From Octopus vulgaris (Eukaryota), in assembly GCA_951406725.2 (NCBI GenBank), contig OX597816.1, positions 17,360,001-17,424,000 on the forward strand: 64,000 bases of DNA. Reading direction: 5' to 3'. Below are positions 1 to 12,444 of this stretch, piece by piece. Each line of letters starts with the position of its first letter. The stretch's first letter is position 1. Under the pieces are notes generated by a model. It saw only the letters and a list, made by a program, of their open reading frames with translations. It was not told the DNA's origin and made no database searches. The position numbers and the translations under genes were made by a program.

Positions 1-154
1 TTGTCATCATCATCGTCATCATTTTAATGCCCACTTCTCCATGCTCGCATGGGTCTGATGGAGTTTCTTGAGGCAGGTTTTCTATAGCAGGATGCCCTTC
101 CTGTCACCAACCCTTACCTGATTCAAAGCAAGGAGATATTTTCTCCATGGCCCT

Positions 155-668
155 AATTCTTTTACTTGTTTCAGTCATTTGACTGTGGCCATCCTGGAGC
201 ACCTCCTTTAGTCAAAGAAATCGACCATAGGACTTATTCTTTGTAAGCCTAGTACTTATTCTATTGGTCTCTTTTGCCAAACTGCTAAGTGACAGGGATG
301 TAAACACACCAACATCAGTTGACAAGCGATGGTGGTGGACAAACACAGATACAAACACACACACACACACACACACATTAAGGGTGGTGAGCTGGCAGAA
401 ATGTTAGAATGCAGGGTAAAATGCTTAGCAGGATTTTGTCTGCTGTTATGTTCTGAGTTCAAATTCCACCGAGGTTGACTTTGCCTTTCATCCTTTTGGG
501 TTTGATTAAATAAGAACCAGTTACACACTGGGGTCGATGTAATTGAGGTAATCCCTTTGTCTGTCCTTGTTTGTCTCCTCTATGTTTAGCCACCTGTGGG
601 CAATAAAGAAATACATACATCATCATCGTTTAACGTCCATTTTCCGCGCTAGCACGGGTTATGCATAT

Positions 669-701
<33 letters not shown>

Positions 702-880
702 ACAAGCTTCTTTCAGTTTCTCTCTACCATATCCATTCACAAAGCTTTAGTCAGCACGAGGCTATAGCAGAAGATACTTGTCCAAGGTGCCATGCAGTGG
801 GACTGAGCCCGGAACCATGTTGTTGGGAAGCCAGCTACTTACCACTCAGCCACATCTGTACCTATAGCCACTTCTGTATA
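155..880 (-). mobile_element. tRNA-derived SINE family A (OR2/CORE-like), interrupted by a family B SINE and a family C tail fragment
   Basis: Matches intact copies at 15305 and 34277: tRNA-like head near 780-870 and the ccagcatggccacagtc...gaaacaagtaaaaga tail near 155-205, both reverse-complemented. Confidence 0.85.
380..612 (+). mobile_element. tRNA-derived SINE family B (OR1/Meta-MESC-like)
   Basis: Head ggtggtgagctggcagaaatgttag, B-box gagttcaaattcc, core gactttgcctttcatccttt..., tail gggcaataaagaaat. Confidence 0.85.
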
Positions 881-2036
881 TATGAATGCAGAATATTGGA
901 AAGGAATGATTTTCAATTAAATCAATTACTCTCTCTCTCTCTATCTCTCTTTCTCACCACACACACATGCACACATATTCGTATACATATGATGAGCTTC
1001 TTTCAGTTTCCATATACTAAATCCACTCATATGTCTTTGATTGGTCCAGAGTTATAGTAGAAGGCCTTTGCCCAAGGTGCCATGCAGTGGGACTGAACCC
1101 GGAACCATGTGGTTGGGAAGCAAACACAGGTAAAACAGAATAAATGTTGATGATGATGATGATGGTGATGATACATTCATCAGATACTGATTCCACCAAT
1201 TATAACAGGTATGACGAGGAAAAATATTTATTACGAATGCGTGGGCAGTTACAATTAGCTTGTATAATTGATCAGCAATTAGTCTCCCTAGCTGTGCTCA
1301 AATCATTAATCTTAATGATGTTGCTAATTATCATGATCAAATTAGAAAAAAAAAATGATAAAATTCTGCAAAATATGTATTTGTGGTATTTGTTCTTAGA
1401 CTTTGTATTCTGGATTCAAATTCTGCCAAGGACAAATTTGTCTTGTATTCCTTTAGGGATGGTAAAATAAAGTATCTGCTAATTACAGGGGTAAGTGATG
1501 TTAACAAACTCCTTATCATCAAAACTGCAGAATGAGACAACTGGGCGTAGCTCTTTGGGCACCGATGATCTGGCATGGCTGACCAGACATTTGATCATTT
1601 TATTCTAGTGACAGTGCTATTTGGCACTGGAGGCAAACACACACACACACAGAGACAAGCACACACACACACACAGACAAGCACAGACACACATATACAC
1701 GCATATACATATACATGCATACACATAAAAATACACATACAGATAGAGATACAGAGAAAGAGGGAGGGGGCGAGAGAGAAAAGGAGAGAGAGAGTGTGTG
1801 AGAGAAAGAGAGAGAGAGAGAGAGAGTGAGAACAATAGAAGTACAGGTTTTCAAAATTTTGGCACAAGGTCAGCAATTTCGTGGGAGGTGTAAGTCAGTT
1901 GCATCGACCCTCTGTGTTCAACTGGTATTTATACTATTGTTGTAATGCCAATATTCATGATGATACATTTTTTACATTATAACCGTGTAGTAACAGTAAA
2001 ATATATAACAAAGCAGGGTAAGAACAACGTAACAAT

Positions 2037-2170
2037 CCAACAAATGCTCCATGATCTATACACAAACCAACAAATGTTCTACAATCTATACCAGAACCAA
2101 CAAATGCACCACAATCTATACACGACCCAAACAAATGCACCACAATCTATACACGACCCAACAAACGATA
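2037..2170 (+). repeat. About 30-bp minisatellite, roughly 4.5 copies
   Basis: Unit caacaaatgcaccacaatctatacacgacc repeated with substitutions. Confidence 0.85.
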
Positions 2171-2517
2171 TTCCGACAAACTGCCAAAACGACACCTTAT
2201 GACTTCCTGTGATTAATGCCTGCTCTCCCTCTTTCTCACTCATACCACTATTATTTATAATCATTCAGTCAGTCTAGTCTCACAGCAGGTATCATGACTC
2301 TTGCCACAACGGTTATCAATTCTGAAAGGATGAGAGACAAATTCTACTCCAGCACCATTTGAAGTCAGAACATCAGTTCAGAAGAACTGCATTAAGCATT
2401 TAGGTACATTGACCCTTACTGTGCAACTAGTACCTATTTTATCAAACCTGAAAGGGTGAAAGGCAATGCAAGGTGAAGCAAGTGGAGGCACATGGCTTAC
2501 TGGTAAGGGTATTGGAT

Positions 2518-3130
2518 TCATCATAACGTCCGCTTTCAATGCTGGGATAGGTTGGACGGTTTGACTGGGGGGACTGGTGAACCAGATGGCTACACCAGGC
2601 TCCAATCTGATCTGGTAGAGTTTCTATAGCTGGATGCCCTTCCTAACGCAAACCACTCTGAAAGTGTAGTGGGTGCTTTTACATGCCACCAGCATGAGGG
2701 CCAGTCAGGTGGTACTGGCAACGGCCACACTCAAATGGTGTTTTTACATGTCACCTGCACAGGAGCCAGTCCTTTGACACTGGCAACGCCCTCACTCGAA
2801 TGCTGTTTTTCACATACCACCAGCACAAGTGCCAGTGGGGCGATGTTGATAACGATCCTGCTCAAATGGTGCTTATTACGTGCCACTGGCATGGGGGGCC
2901 AGTTAGCAGCCTTGGCAATGATCACACTCAGATGGTGCTCTTAGAGCTCCACTAGCACGGGTGCCAGTCATATGGTGCTGTCATCGAATTTGATTTCGAT
3001 TTCACTTGCCTCAACAGGTCTTCGCAATACAGTTTAGTGTCCAACGAAAGAAAGGTACGCCTAAGTGGGCTGGTTACATCACTGGCAGAGGCCATGGGTT
3101 ATGGTCTCACTTGGCTTGCCAGGTCTTGAT
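2518..3130 (-). mobile_element. Non-autonomous retroposon family C (RTE-associated, (GAT)n tail, internal ~60-bp repeats), long copy
   Basis: Shares gttggcgttaggaagggcatccagct and catgctagcatggaaagcggacgttaaa(gat)n blocks with more than 12 other copies in the window. Confidence 0.8.
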
Positions 3131-3264
3131 TGTAAGATTGTGGTTTCGATTTCTGGACTGGGCGACATGTTGTGTCCCTCAGTCAAAACCGTCCAACCCA
3201 TGCTAGCATGGAAAACGGACGTTAAATGATGATGATGATGATGATGATATATATATATATATAT

Positions 3265-3437
3265 CCTGTCGCTACGTTCTGAGTTCAAATTCCGCCGAGG
3301 TCGACTTTGCTTTTCATCCTTTCGGGGTCGTTAAATTAAGTACCAGTTACGCACTGGGGTCGATGTAATCGACTTAATCCGTTTGTCTGTCCTTGTTTGT
3401 CCCCTCTATGTTTAGCCCCTTGTGGGTAATAAAGAAA
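3265..3437 (+). mobile_element. SINE family B, 5'-truncated
   Basis: gagttcaaattccgccgaggtcgactttgc...gggtaataaagaaa. Confidence 0.85.
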
Positions 3438-4984
3438 CATATATATATATATATTTCAAAAGGAAAAAGGGGTTGAGTACATTTTGAGTGATGGGCCTCA
3501 CAGAGGCAATGACTGATGCCTTTGATACCATGTCATACTTGAGAAGAAAACCCATCAAGCTGAACAGGTATATTAAATGCACCATAATTTCAGCTGTGTA
3601 TAGTCAGGGAAAAAAATTAGGGTATTGAAGCATGTAATATAGTCCCAACTTCACATATAGAACCAGGAGTGTTTTTCTATGACACATTTTGAAAAAAAAG
3701 TGCATCTTAAATGCCATCAACTATGGCACATATTTGATATTCAAACCATGTAATTCTTCAAACATATCATGGTAATATAGTGATATTCTCTTTTGAAGGT
3801 TGTTTTATTGGTTAAATACTAATGGTAAATGGAGTCACCAATGATAACGTTCAGAGGAAGATTGGTGTAATCTATTGTTCAGAGCGCATTTTGGTAGTTA
3901 GTGTCTGCAACATAGAAAGTACTCTCGGTCAATATAAGATACAATATGCTTTATACATAGATATAAAATCTCCAGAGATTCACAACAGATTGTGCTCATG
4001 ATTAGAACAATTTAGTCTTATGGTTTGGTCTAGACTAATGGAAGCATTTATACTTTACTATTACATTTAAAATTTGTTACTGGTTTTTTTTTTCTCTATT
4101 TTTTTTTTTTATTCTTTTGACTGAAATTGATAAAAAAATGTTTGAGCTTATTACTAGAGTAACAGAACTAAATAATAAAAGCAAAAACGATGGCTTACTT
4201 TAATTCTCTGCAGAAATCAATTGAAGAGAGATTACTGGTTGTCGAAACATATACAACAGTGTTAAAAAATTATGTTTTATTGCAACGCAGCAACATACTG
4301 TATATATATACTTATATTCACTCACTGTTAGATGATGGTTATCTACAATATCCTAACTAATTATTTTCTTGCAAAAACCACCCACCAAAAAAAAAGAAAA
4401 TCGCAAAAAAAAAAACAAAAAAAAACCATAACAAAATACCCTCGTCCCCCAAGGGGGAAAAAAAAAGAAATGTGATAATTCAGAAAACGAAAATTAATAA
4501 GATAATTTCAAAGCACGTGTCGTTATTTGAAACCTTTCTTCATGGGTATTAATAATGATATGGGAAGGCAGCAAAATATAAAGTAAATAGATATTTAAAA
4601 ATAATCAATAATATGAATATTAAATTAAGGTTATCATACGTAGCATCTCTAGCTTATGATTTGGTAATTTATAACACTTTATGAGGTTTCTATCAACCAA
4701 CCAGATATGCCTCGTTTAGTTTTGTTATAATTAATGGACAACATAACACTAATAATTGGAATCCATTATTCTCATACAACATATTAGGCTAAATATTTGT
4801 TAATGGAGCTTCTGTTCATTTATTTTCCAGTTCCTATGTATATTACAGGAAATGGCAAGTATCTTGATATTTAAAAAAATTATCAAGTGGACTTTTTCTA
4901 TCATTGAAATGTTTGCTTTGGGGAAAATGAAAGGGAGAATGTGGATCGTTAAAGGCATTTATAGCAGATGTTATCATCATCAGT

Positions 4985-5312
4985 TTCAGGTGTTGGCACA
5001 AAGTCAGGAATTTCGGAAGAGGTGCTAAGTCGATTACATCGACCCCCACTCCTCAGCTGGTACTTATTTTACTGACCCCACCAAAAGGTTGAAAGGCAAA
5101 GTCGACCGTGGCAGAATTTGAACTCAGAATGTAAAGGTGGACAAAGTTTCACTAAGCATTTTATCCCAGCTGGTACTTATTTTATTGACCCCACCAAAAG
5201 GATGAAAGGCAGAGTCGACCGTGGTAGAATTTGAACTCAGAATGTAAAGATGGACAAAGTTCCACAAAGCATTTTGTCCAGAGTGCTAATGATTCCGCCA
5301 GCTTGCCACCTA
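4985..5312 (-). mobile_element. SINE family B with an internal tandem duplication
   Basis: Block cagctggtacttatttt...gaactcagaatgtaaag...agcatttt occurs twice (about 5055 and 5168). Confidence 0.75.
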
Positions 5313-5324
5313 AAAGCTATCGTT

Positions 5325-6127
5325 ATTCTTTTGCTTGTTTCAGGCGTCTGTCAGTGGCCATGCTGAAGCACCACTTTCAGTTGATCAAATCAACCCCAGG
5401 ACTTAGTCTTTGTAAGCCCAGTACTTATTCTATTGGTCTCTTTTGCCGAACAGCTAAGTTACGGGGGACATAAACCCACCGACATCAGTTGTTAAGTGAT
5501 GGTGGTGGTGAGGGGACAAATACAGATACACAAAAACATACACACACACACACACACACTCACACACACACACGCACACACACGCACACACACACATACA
5601 CACACATTTGGAATGACCAATTTTAAACTCTATTGGATTTTAAGGTATTAGAATATTATATGTATACCATTCTGCCTAAAAAAATGGATCTACAAATGCA
5701 ATATCCCTACATATCTCACATCTAATAGCACGCCGGGCGAAATGCGTAGCCATATTTCGTCTGCCGTTACGTTCTGGGTTCAAATTCCGCCGAGGTCGAC
5801 TTTGCCTTTCATCCTTTCGGGGTCGATAAATTAAGTACCAGTTACACACCGGGGTCGATGTAATCGACTTAATACCTATGTCTGTCCTTGTTTGTCCCCT
5901 CTGTGTTTAGCCCCTTGTGGGTAGTAAAGAAGTATAATTTGGTTTATTTCCTCCACCTCACTCTATATTTTACATCTTATCTAGATTAACTATTACTTAA
6001 CCATCCTCTCACACCACTCCGATGAAGGGATATAATAAATATCCTGGAAACAGCAGTAAGACCGTCTATCTATAAATATTCTAAAGTCTACACAGCCTTG
6101 GTTTTTTATCTCATTACGAAATAAAAA

Positions 6128-6168
<41 letters not shown>

Positions 6169-6545
6169 CTTTCCTGTCATCAACCCTTATCTGTTTCTAA
6201 GTAAAGTAACATTACCCCATGGCCAGGCATGTCTTGGAAGATTGCAAAGGAAAGATAACTCATGAGTAACAGTGGGAGTTACAACTATCATGTGGTGTTA
6301 AGGCAAGGAGATGCTAACACTAACACACGCACACACATACACATACACACACACACACATAAATGACATGCAGGCTTCTTTCAGTTTCTTTCGGTTTTTG
6401 CATACTAAATCCACTCACAAAGCTTTGGTCTGTCCATGGCTATAGTAGAAGACATTTGCACTAGGTGCCATGCAGTGGGACTGAACCCAGACTCATGCAA
6501 TTTGGATCCAAACTTCATACCACACAGCTACACCAGCACCTAGCT
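5325..6545 (-). mobile_element. SINE family A split by later insertions (3' half about 5325-5530, 5' half about 6370-6545)
   Basis: The two halves match family A and are separated by (CA)n, a family B copy (5725-5932, +) and a Penelope-like fragment. Confidence 0.6.
5935..6130 (+). mobile_element. Penelope-like terminal repeat fragment with a degenerate hammerhead (6015-6062)
   Basis: CCGATGA-A-GGGATAT-aataa-ATATCCT-G-GAAAC-AGCA-GTA; core CUGAUGA altered to CCGAUGA and stem I only about 2 bp. Confidence 0.5.
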
Positions 6546-6859
6546 ACACCTGTACACAGCCACTCATGTTCATTGCCACACCTGTTCATAGCTACACCTG
6601 CATCTATCAGCAATCGAAATGCGATGTGCTAATTTATTATTTTCCGTGTATAAAATAATTATGATCATGCTGGTATTCAGTGAATCTGTCATGTAATTAT
6701 TTAATCTAATACTACCGATTCCTACACTGTTTATTTGTAAGACTTTGAATTCTGCAATTCTAATTTTCTTTGGATTTTATTGATCTTTCATTTCTGTATT
6801 TTGCTTACAAGATTTTTGATGTGAACTCGTGTGTTGAAATATATTTTTTTAAAATCTTA

Positions 6860-7220
6860 ATTCGAGTGTGATCGTTGCCAGAGCAGCTAACTGGCTTCTG
6901 TGCCTGTGGCACGTAAAAGACACCATTCGAGCGTGATCGTTACCAGCATCACCTTACTGGCACCTGTGCCGGTGGCATGTGCAAAAGATTCGAGCAAGGT
7001 CGTTGCCAGTGCCGCATGACTGGCCCCATGCCGGTGACACGTAAAAGCACCCACTACACTCTCAGAGTGGTTGGCGTTAGGAAGGGCATCCAGCTGTAGA
7101 AACTCCGCCAGATCAAAATTGAAGCCTGGTGCAGCCATCTGGTTCGCTAGCCCTCAGTCATACATCCAACCCATGCTAGCATGTAAAGCAGACGTTAAAC
7201 GACGATGATGATGATGATGA
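6860..7220 (+). mobile_element. Retroposon family C
   Basis: Internal repeats, gttggcgttaggaagggcatcc, (GAT)n tail. Confidence 0.85.
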
Positions 7221-7362
7221 AAGTTATTATGGCAATAAAAACTCACAGCATAATGACCTTTCTAGCATGCAACAAAATATTGATCTTTAATAACCCTTCA
7301 TTGGTGCTGATTGCATATAAAAGTCACTGATACTGGTTCTATGTGTAAAAATTATTGATACT

Positions 7363-7580
7363 TATTTCTTTACTGCCCACAAGGGGCTACACACAGAGGG
7401 GACAAACAAGGACAGACAAACGGATTAAGTCGATTATATCGACCCCAGTGCGTAACTGGTACTTATTTAATCAACCCCAAAAGGACGAAAGGCAAAGTCA
7501 ACCTCGATGGAATTTGAACTCAGAACTACTGCTAAACATTTCGCCTGGCATACTAACGCTTCTGCCAGCTCACCACCTTA
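7363..7580 (-). mobile_element. SINE family B
   Basis: atttctttactgcccacaagggg...ctgccagctcaccacctt. Confidence 0.85.
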
Positions 7581-7807
7581 AAATCATTGCTACTGGTGCC
7601 ACATAAAAATCATCCAGTACGCTCTGTAAAGTGGTCGGCATTAGGAAGGGTATATTTAGTTGTAGAAGCTATGCTGAAACAGTGAAGTGGAGCCTGGTGT
7701 AGGCCCTGGCCTTGCTAACTATTGTCAAACTGTCCAACTGTCCAACTATGCCCCAGCATGGTCGCAGCTTATGTGTTGAAACAAGTTAAAGATTAAAAGA
7801 TTAAAAT

Positions 7808-8200
7808 AGGCATAGGAGTGGCTGTGTGGTAAGTAACCTGCTTACAAACTACATAGTTCCGGGTTCAGTCCCACTGCGTGGCACCTTGGGCAAATGTCTT
7901 CTACTATAGCCTCGGGTCAACCAAAGCCTTGTGAGTGGATTTGGTAGACGGAAACTGAAAGAAGCCTATGTATGTGTGTGTATATGTTTGTGTATCTGTG
8001 TTTGTCCCCGCAACATCGCTTGACAGCCGATATTGGTGTTTACGTCCCCGTAACATAGCGGTTTGGCAAAAAACACCGATAGAATAAGTACTAGGCTTAC
8101 AAAGAATAAATCCTGAGGTTGATTCGCTCGACTAAAGGCGCTGCTCCAGCATAGCCACAGTCACATGACTGAAACAAGTAAAAGAGTAAAGAGTAAAGAG
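7808..8200 (+). mobile_element. SINE family A, full length
   Basis: A-box tggctgtgtgg, B-box ggttcagtccc, ccttgggcaa core, tail gaaacaagtaaaagagtaaagag. Confidence 0.9.
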
Positions 8201-8284
8201 ATAAAGATAGTTTAACACTTTCCATCAAAGAATTTAATGTACATAGAAAATGTACATTAAACGATGATGATATTGATATCAACT

Positions 8285-8682
8285 GACCTGAGTCTTCCTC
8301 TGGTTCTATAACATAAACTTACTTCTTTAAAGGGATCTTTGCCGTCCATATTTTGGATCAGATATTATAATAGTTTAGGGTTCAAAGGCCCAGAGACCTA
8401 CATGCTGTGGATGTAGGTGTCTTCAAGAAGCAACTGTATCATCTGCTTTCTAGAAGTGTTGATGAGCCAAGACTCACGACTGAGTGAGCCAAGACTCACA
8501 ACTGAGTGAGCCAAGACTCACAACTTGGTGAGCCAAGACTCTCAACAAGACTGACAACTGAGAAGGCAGCCACTCAAAATCCCTTATTCACTAAATGCCA
8601 ACTAAAGGAGGATAAAGGGTCATAACACCAATGGTGGTGCTCCATCATGGTCACAGCTTATGTAAAAGATTAAAAGATAAAG
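8285..8682 (+). mobile_element. CR1-type LINE 3' fragment containing a 22-bp tandem repeat
   Basis: Translates LGFKGP..RDLHAVDVGVFKKQLYHLLSRSVDEP, homologous to the LINE at 37610-38239; 3' UTR ggtggtgctccatcatggtcacag; unit gtgagccaagactcacaactga about 4x at 8462-8560. Confidence 0.8.
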
Positions 8683-8713
8683 ATAGTTTAACACTTTCCA
8701 TCAAGGAGTAATG

Positions 8714-9162
8714 TTAACCCTTTCATTACTGTGTTTATTTTGAGATGCTCTGTGTTTCTTTCAATTACTTTAAATATAACAAAGAATTTAGTAAAATAAC
8801 TTAGTTATCACTAAGCTAGTGTTAGGAACATAAATGGTGACTAAGGTTTGGTGGAAGATTTTAATTCAGAACTTTTGAAAACAAGAGCAAAAGGCAGTTT
8901 CAGCCGGGTTGGTATCAAAATTTTAAAAAATATCATGGTGACTTTAACCCTTTTGTTACCTTATTTCTGTTGAGATGCTCTATGTTTCTTTCAATTATCT
9001 TTTGATATAACAAAGAATTTAGTAAAATAACTTAAGCTAGTATTAGGAGCATAAATTGTGACTAAGGTTTGGTGGAAAATTTTAATTCAAAACTCATGAA
9101 AACACGACATTTATACTCAGAGCCAGAGCCAGTTTCAGCTGGGTTGGTAATGAAAGGGTTAA
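8714..9162 (+). mobile_element. Two tandem piggyBac-type MITEs (about 8714-8925 and 8944-9162)
   Basis: TTAA-CCCTTT...AAAGGG-TTAA termini (right end of first copy degenerate); body matches 25841-26320. Confidence 0.85.
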
Positions 9163-9589
9163 ATCCTTAAAATCCTTAAAAAATGTTTTAGCCCGAAGGC
9201 CGCGGCCATGCTGGGGCACCACCGCTGTTATGTTCCAAACACCAAATTAATAATGGAAAAGCTATTTTTTAAAACTAAATTCTTCCTTATTTTAAGAATT
9301 GATTTAAACAAAAATAATGTATTTTCAATAGAAATCTTGTAACAAAAGGCTTGAATAAATGAAGTCCACTTCCCAGAAAGAAACACAGCTGAACCCTCAT
9401 TTACCAAATACCAACTAAAGAAGGAGGATCAGTAAGAGGAATAGCAACCACAATAATGATGCATCAGCATAGCCACACCTTATTTGGCAAGACAAGTAAA
9501 AATAAAAAATAAAAATATAGAGGTAATCTAAAACAACTAGAAATTATTTTTGCTAAATTTCTCATTATTCTAAAAGTAAGTTGTTAGCT

Positions 9590-9790
9590 GTTAGAACACT
9601 ACATCCTTCAAAACTTCCATGCTGAAATTCGTCAATGGTACAATTGATGTCCCCCCCAACTTTTTTTTAAATGGCTCATTCACTGTTCACTTCTAGTGTG
9701 TTATTCTATGTACTGTTCATGCACATTTTGGCTTGTTTTCCTGATGAGTTGTAGAGCACCTGAGCACTGAATATAATAAGATAATTATTA
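9590..9790 (+). mobile_element. Second CR1-type LINE family, 3' end
   Basis: catccttcaaaacttccatgct...cacctgagcactg matches the reverse complement of 22870-23060. Confidence 0.65.
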
Positions 9791-9794
9791 GTAC

Positions 9795-10210
9795 TAGTTA
9801 CGCATTGGGGTCGATGTAATTGACTTTATCCCTTTGTCTGTCCTTGTTTGTCCCCTCTATGTTTAGCCTCCTGTCGGGAATAAAGAAATTAGAAACGTTA
9901 GCACGCCGAACGAAATGCTTAGTGGCATTTCATCTGTCTTTTACATTCTGAGTTCAACTTCTGCCGAGATCAGTTTTGCCTTTCATCCTTTTGGGGGCGA
10001 TAAATTAATTACAGTTGTGTACAGAGGTCGACCTAATAGACTGGCCTCCTGCCCCAAAATTTTGGACCTTGTGCCTAGAGTAGAAAAGGATACACCTTTA
10101 TATTAAGGTGCTGAGTTGGCAGAATTGTTAGCATACCGGACGAAATGCTTAGTGGTATTTCATCTGTCTTTATGTTCTGAGTTCAAATTCTGCTGAGGTC
10201 GACTTTGCCT
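9795..10210 (+). mobile_element. SINE family B fragments in tandem
   Basis: Three partial family B units. Confidence 0.75.
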
Positions 10211-10221
10211 TGTTTTTTGTT

Positions 10222-10267
10222 AACACAGCATTTTGGCTGATACACTCTCCAGCCTTCATCAGGTGTC
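10222..10267 (-). ncRNA. Hammerhead ribozyme relic (GAAA mutated to AAAA), same family as 12092-12137
   Basis: Minus strand: GACAC-CUGAUGA-A-GGCUG-gagaguguau-CAGCC-AAAA-U-GCU-GUGUU; followed on + by the same tRNA-like head (about 10292-10335). Confidence 0.65.
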
Positions 10268-11171
10268 TTGGGGTAATATGCCATTCCTATGGCATATGGC
10301 ATAGTGGTTAAGAGCGTGGGCTACTAACCCCAAGAGGGGCGATAAATTAGATACCAGTTGCGTACTGAGGTCGATACGATCGACTCCTTCTCCCTGAAAC
10401 GAAAGCAATGCATTTCAACAGAAATAAGGTAACAAATGGGTTCAATACAGGAATTGGATATAATATTATTGTAAAGGATTTTTATCAGGAAATATATGTT
10501 CGTAAGATGCATATTGTTTAGAGATAGGATGAACAACTATTCTCCAAATACATTGATTAATGCAAGAAAAATAAATACAATATAAGGTGTTTTATTTCTA
10601 TCAGGGTTTAAAATCGTGTATTTTTTTTCACAACTCAGATAATTGTTAACAGTTATAATAACCTTATGTTTCTTTCTTCAATATATCATGTTTGATGCTT
10701 TCTCCTAAATTTTCTTTAGACATTTTAGAAATTGCTTCATAGAGTAACCAGCCTTGTTGCCTTCATGGTTGACGAGTTTATTCTTTGTAGCTTCTCGGAA
10801 GCTGTATATCTTCAATAGTGATTAGATGCATTACATCTGATGTTATAAGAATGATTGATGAATCAGTCCATTTTGTATGAAATTTCTAAGAAATGAAGGA
10901 ATCTTTCACAAAAGATGTCTTTGATAAGGAACTATTGCAATGTATAGAATTTTTTTCTTTCACAAAGTATTTCCCTAGAAAAGGGTACATTTTTCTATAC
11001 AAATATATAATGTTAATAAATAATGCGATTGGTCAAGTGACTTCCACCACAACAGTGACTGTCTTGAAGAAACAGAAGCAATTTTAACTCTAATCATGGT
11101 TTCTGGGTAAATACAACTATTTGTTGTATTTTTAAATCTATTTTGTATTTGTTTGTTTTATTGTTATTTAG

Positions 11172-11985
11172 TGGGGCGTGGCCGTGTGGTAAGAAGTTTG
11201 CTTCCCAACTACATGGTTCTAAGTTCAGTCCCTCTATGTTACACCCTGGGCAAAAAGTAATTAACTATAGCCTTGGGCTGACCAAAGCCTTGTGAGTGGA
11301 TTTGGTAGATAGAAACTGAAATAAGCCAGTCATATACATATATATATATATATCATCATCATCATCATTATTTAACGTCCGTTTTCCATGCTAGCATGGG
11401 TTGGACGGTTCGACTGGAGTCTGGGAAGCCAGGAAGCTGCACCAGGCTCCAGTCTGATCTGACAGTGTTTCTACAGCTGGATGCCCTTCCTAATGCCAAC
11501 CGCTCTGTGAGTGTAGTGGGCGTTTTTTACATGCTGCCGGCACAGGGGCCAGAGGAGGCTGGCAACATCCATGATCAGTCGGTGTTTTTTATATGCCTTC
11601 ATGAGAACCCAATATAGACATTTCTCTGAAGACTGAAAAAAAAATGATGAACATCCTTAATCGGTTTTTAAACCTTTTTGGTTTCTCATCAGAGGCATCT
11701 ACATTATTCTAACAATCTCCAGAGAAACAAGCAGTCAAACTGTTTATATACTTATTAGTGCCTTTGTGTCTGTGTTTGCCCCTCCCCAGAACCACTTGAC
11801 AACCGGTGTTGGTGCGTTTGCATCACAATAACTTACAGATTTGGCAAAAGAGAGTGATAGACAAAGTACCAGACTTAAACAAATAAAGACTAAGGTTCAT
11901 CGGCTTGACTAAAATTCTTCCAGTCAGTGCCTTAGCATGGTTGCAATCTAATGATTGAAACAAGTAAAAGGATAAAAATAAAAGA
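11172..11985 (+). mobile_element. SINE family A split by a family C copy (11353-11600, minus)
   Basis: Head at 11172-11335 and tail at 11760-11985 match family A. Confidence 0.7.
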
Positions 11986-12029
11986 TAGAGGTCGCAACAA
12001 GCTGGCAAAATTGTTTAGAACACCAGAAG

Positions 12030-12265
12030 AAATTTACATTATTTACATTATTTACATTTGACGGATATTTGTCCTCATCTTGTTTTTTGCTAACACAACG
12101 TTTCAGCTGATATACCCTCCAGCCTTCATCAGGTGTCTTGGGGTAATTTCGAACCTGGGTTCTCATTCCTATGGTATATGGCATAGTGGTTAAGAGTGCG
12201 GGCTACTAACCCCAAGATTCCGAGTTCAGTTCCAAGCAGTGACCTGAACAATAATGACAATGGTG

Positions 12266-12320
<55 letters not shown>

Positions 12321-12395
12321 TAATAATAATAATAATAATGATAATAGTAATAATAATAATAATAATAGTAACATCGAAAAATACCTTAGGAATTA
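12030..12395. mobile_element. Composite element: inverted Penelope-like hammerhead segment + tRNA-derived Pol III head + (AAT)n
   Basis: A-box tggcatagtgg 12179-12189, B-box-like gttcagttcc 12224-12233, (AAT)n to about 12370; 12381-12393 is the reverse complement (12/13) of 12165-12177. Confidence 0.7.
12092..12137 (-). ncRNA. Minimal type-I hammerhead ribozyme with an intact catalytic core
   Basis: Minus strand: stem I GACAC, CUGAUGA, A, stem II GGCUG-gagggUAUAU-CAGCU, GAAA, palindromic AACGUU stem III (GUU triplet), stem I' GUGUU. Confidence 0.75.
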
Positions 12396-12444
12396 GGATG
12401 TCTCGGTACATGTCTGGAAAATTTGCTGTCAGAAATTTCACTGT

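Noticed and set aside
3822-4001. 59-codon ORF MVNGVTNDNVQRKIG...
   Set aside because: No recognisable homology; length is compatible with chance.
4213-4360. KSIEERLLVVETY... after an acceptor-like site
   Set aside because: Only vague similarity to a transposase HTH start; not supportable.
12178-12245. tRNA gene
   Set aside because: A/B boxes and an anticodon-like arm are present but no acceptor stem or terminator; it is a SINE head. The same applies at 57812 and 59250.
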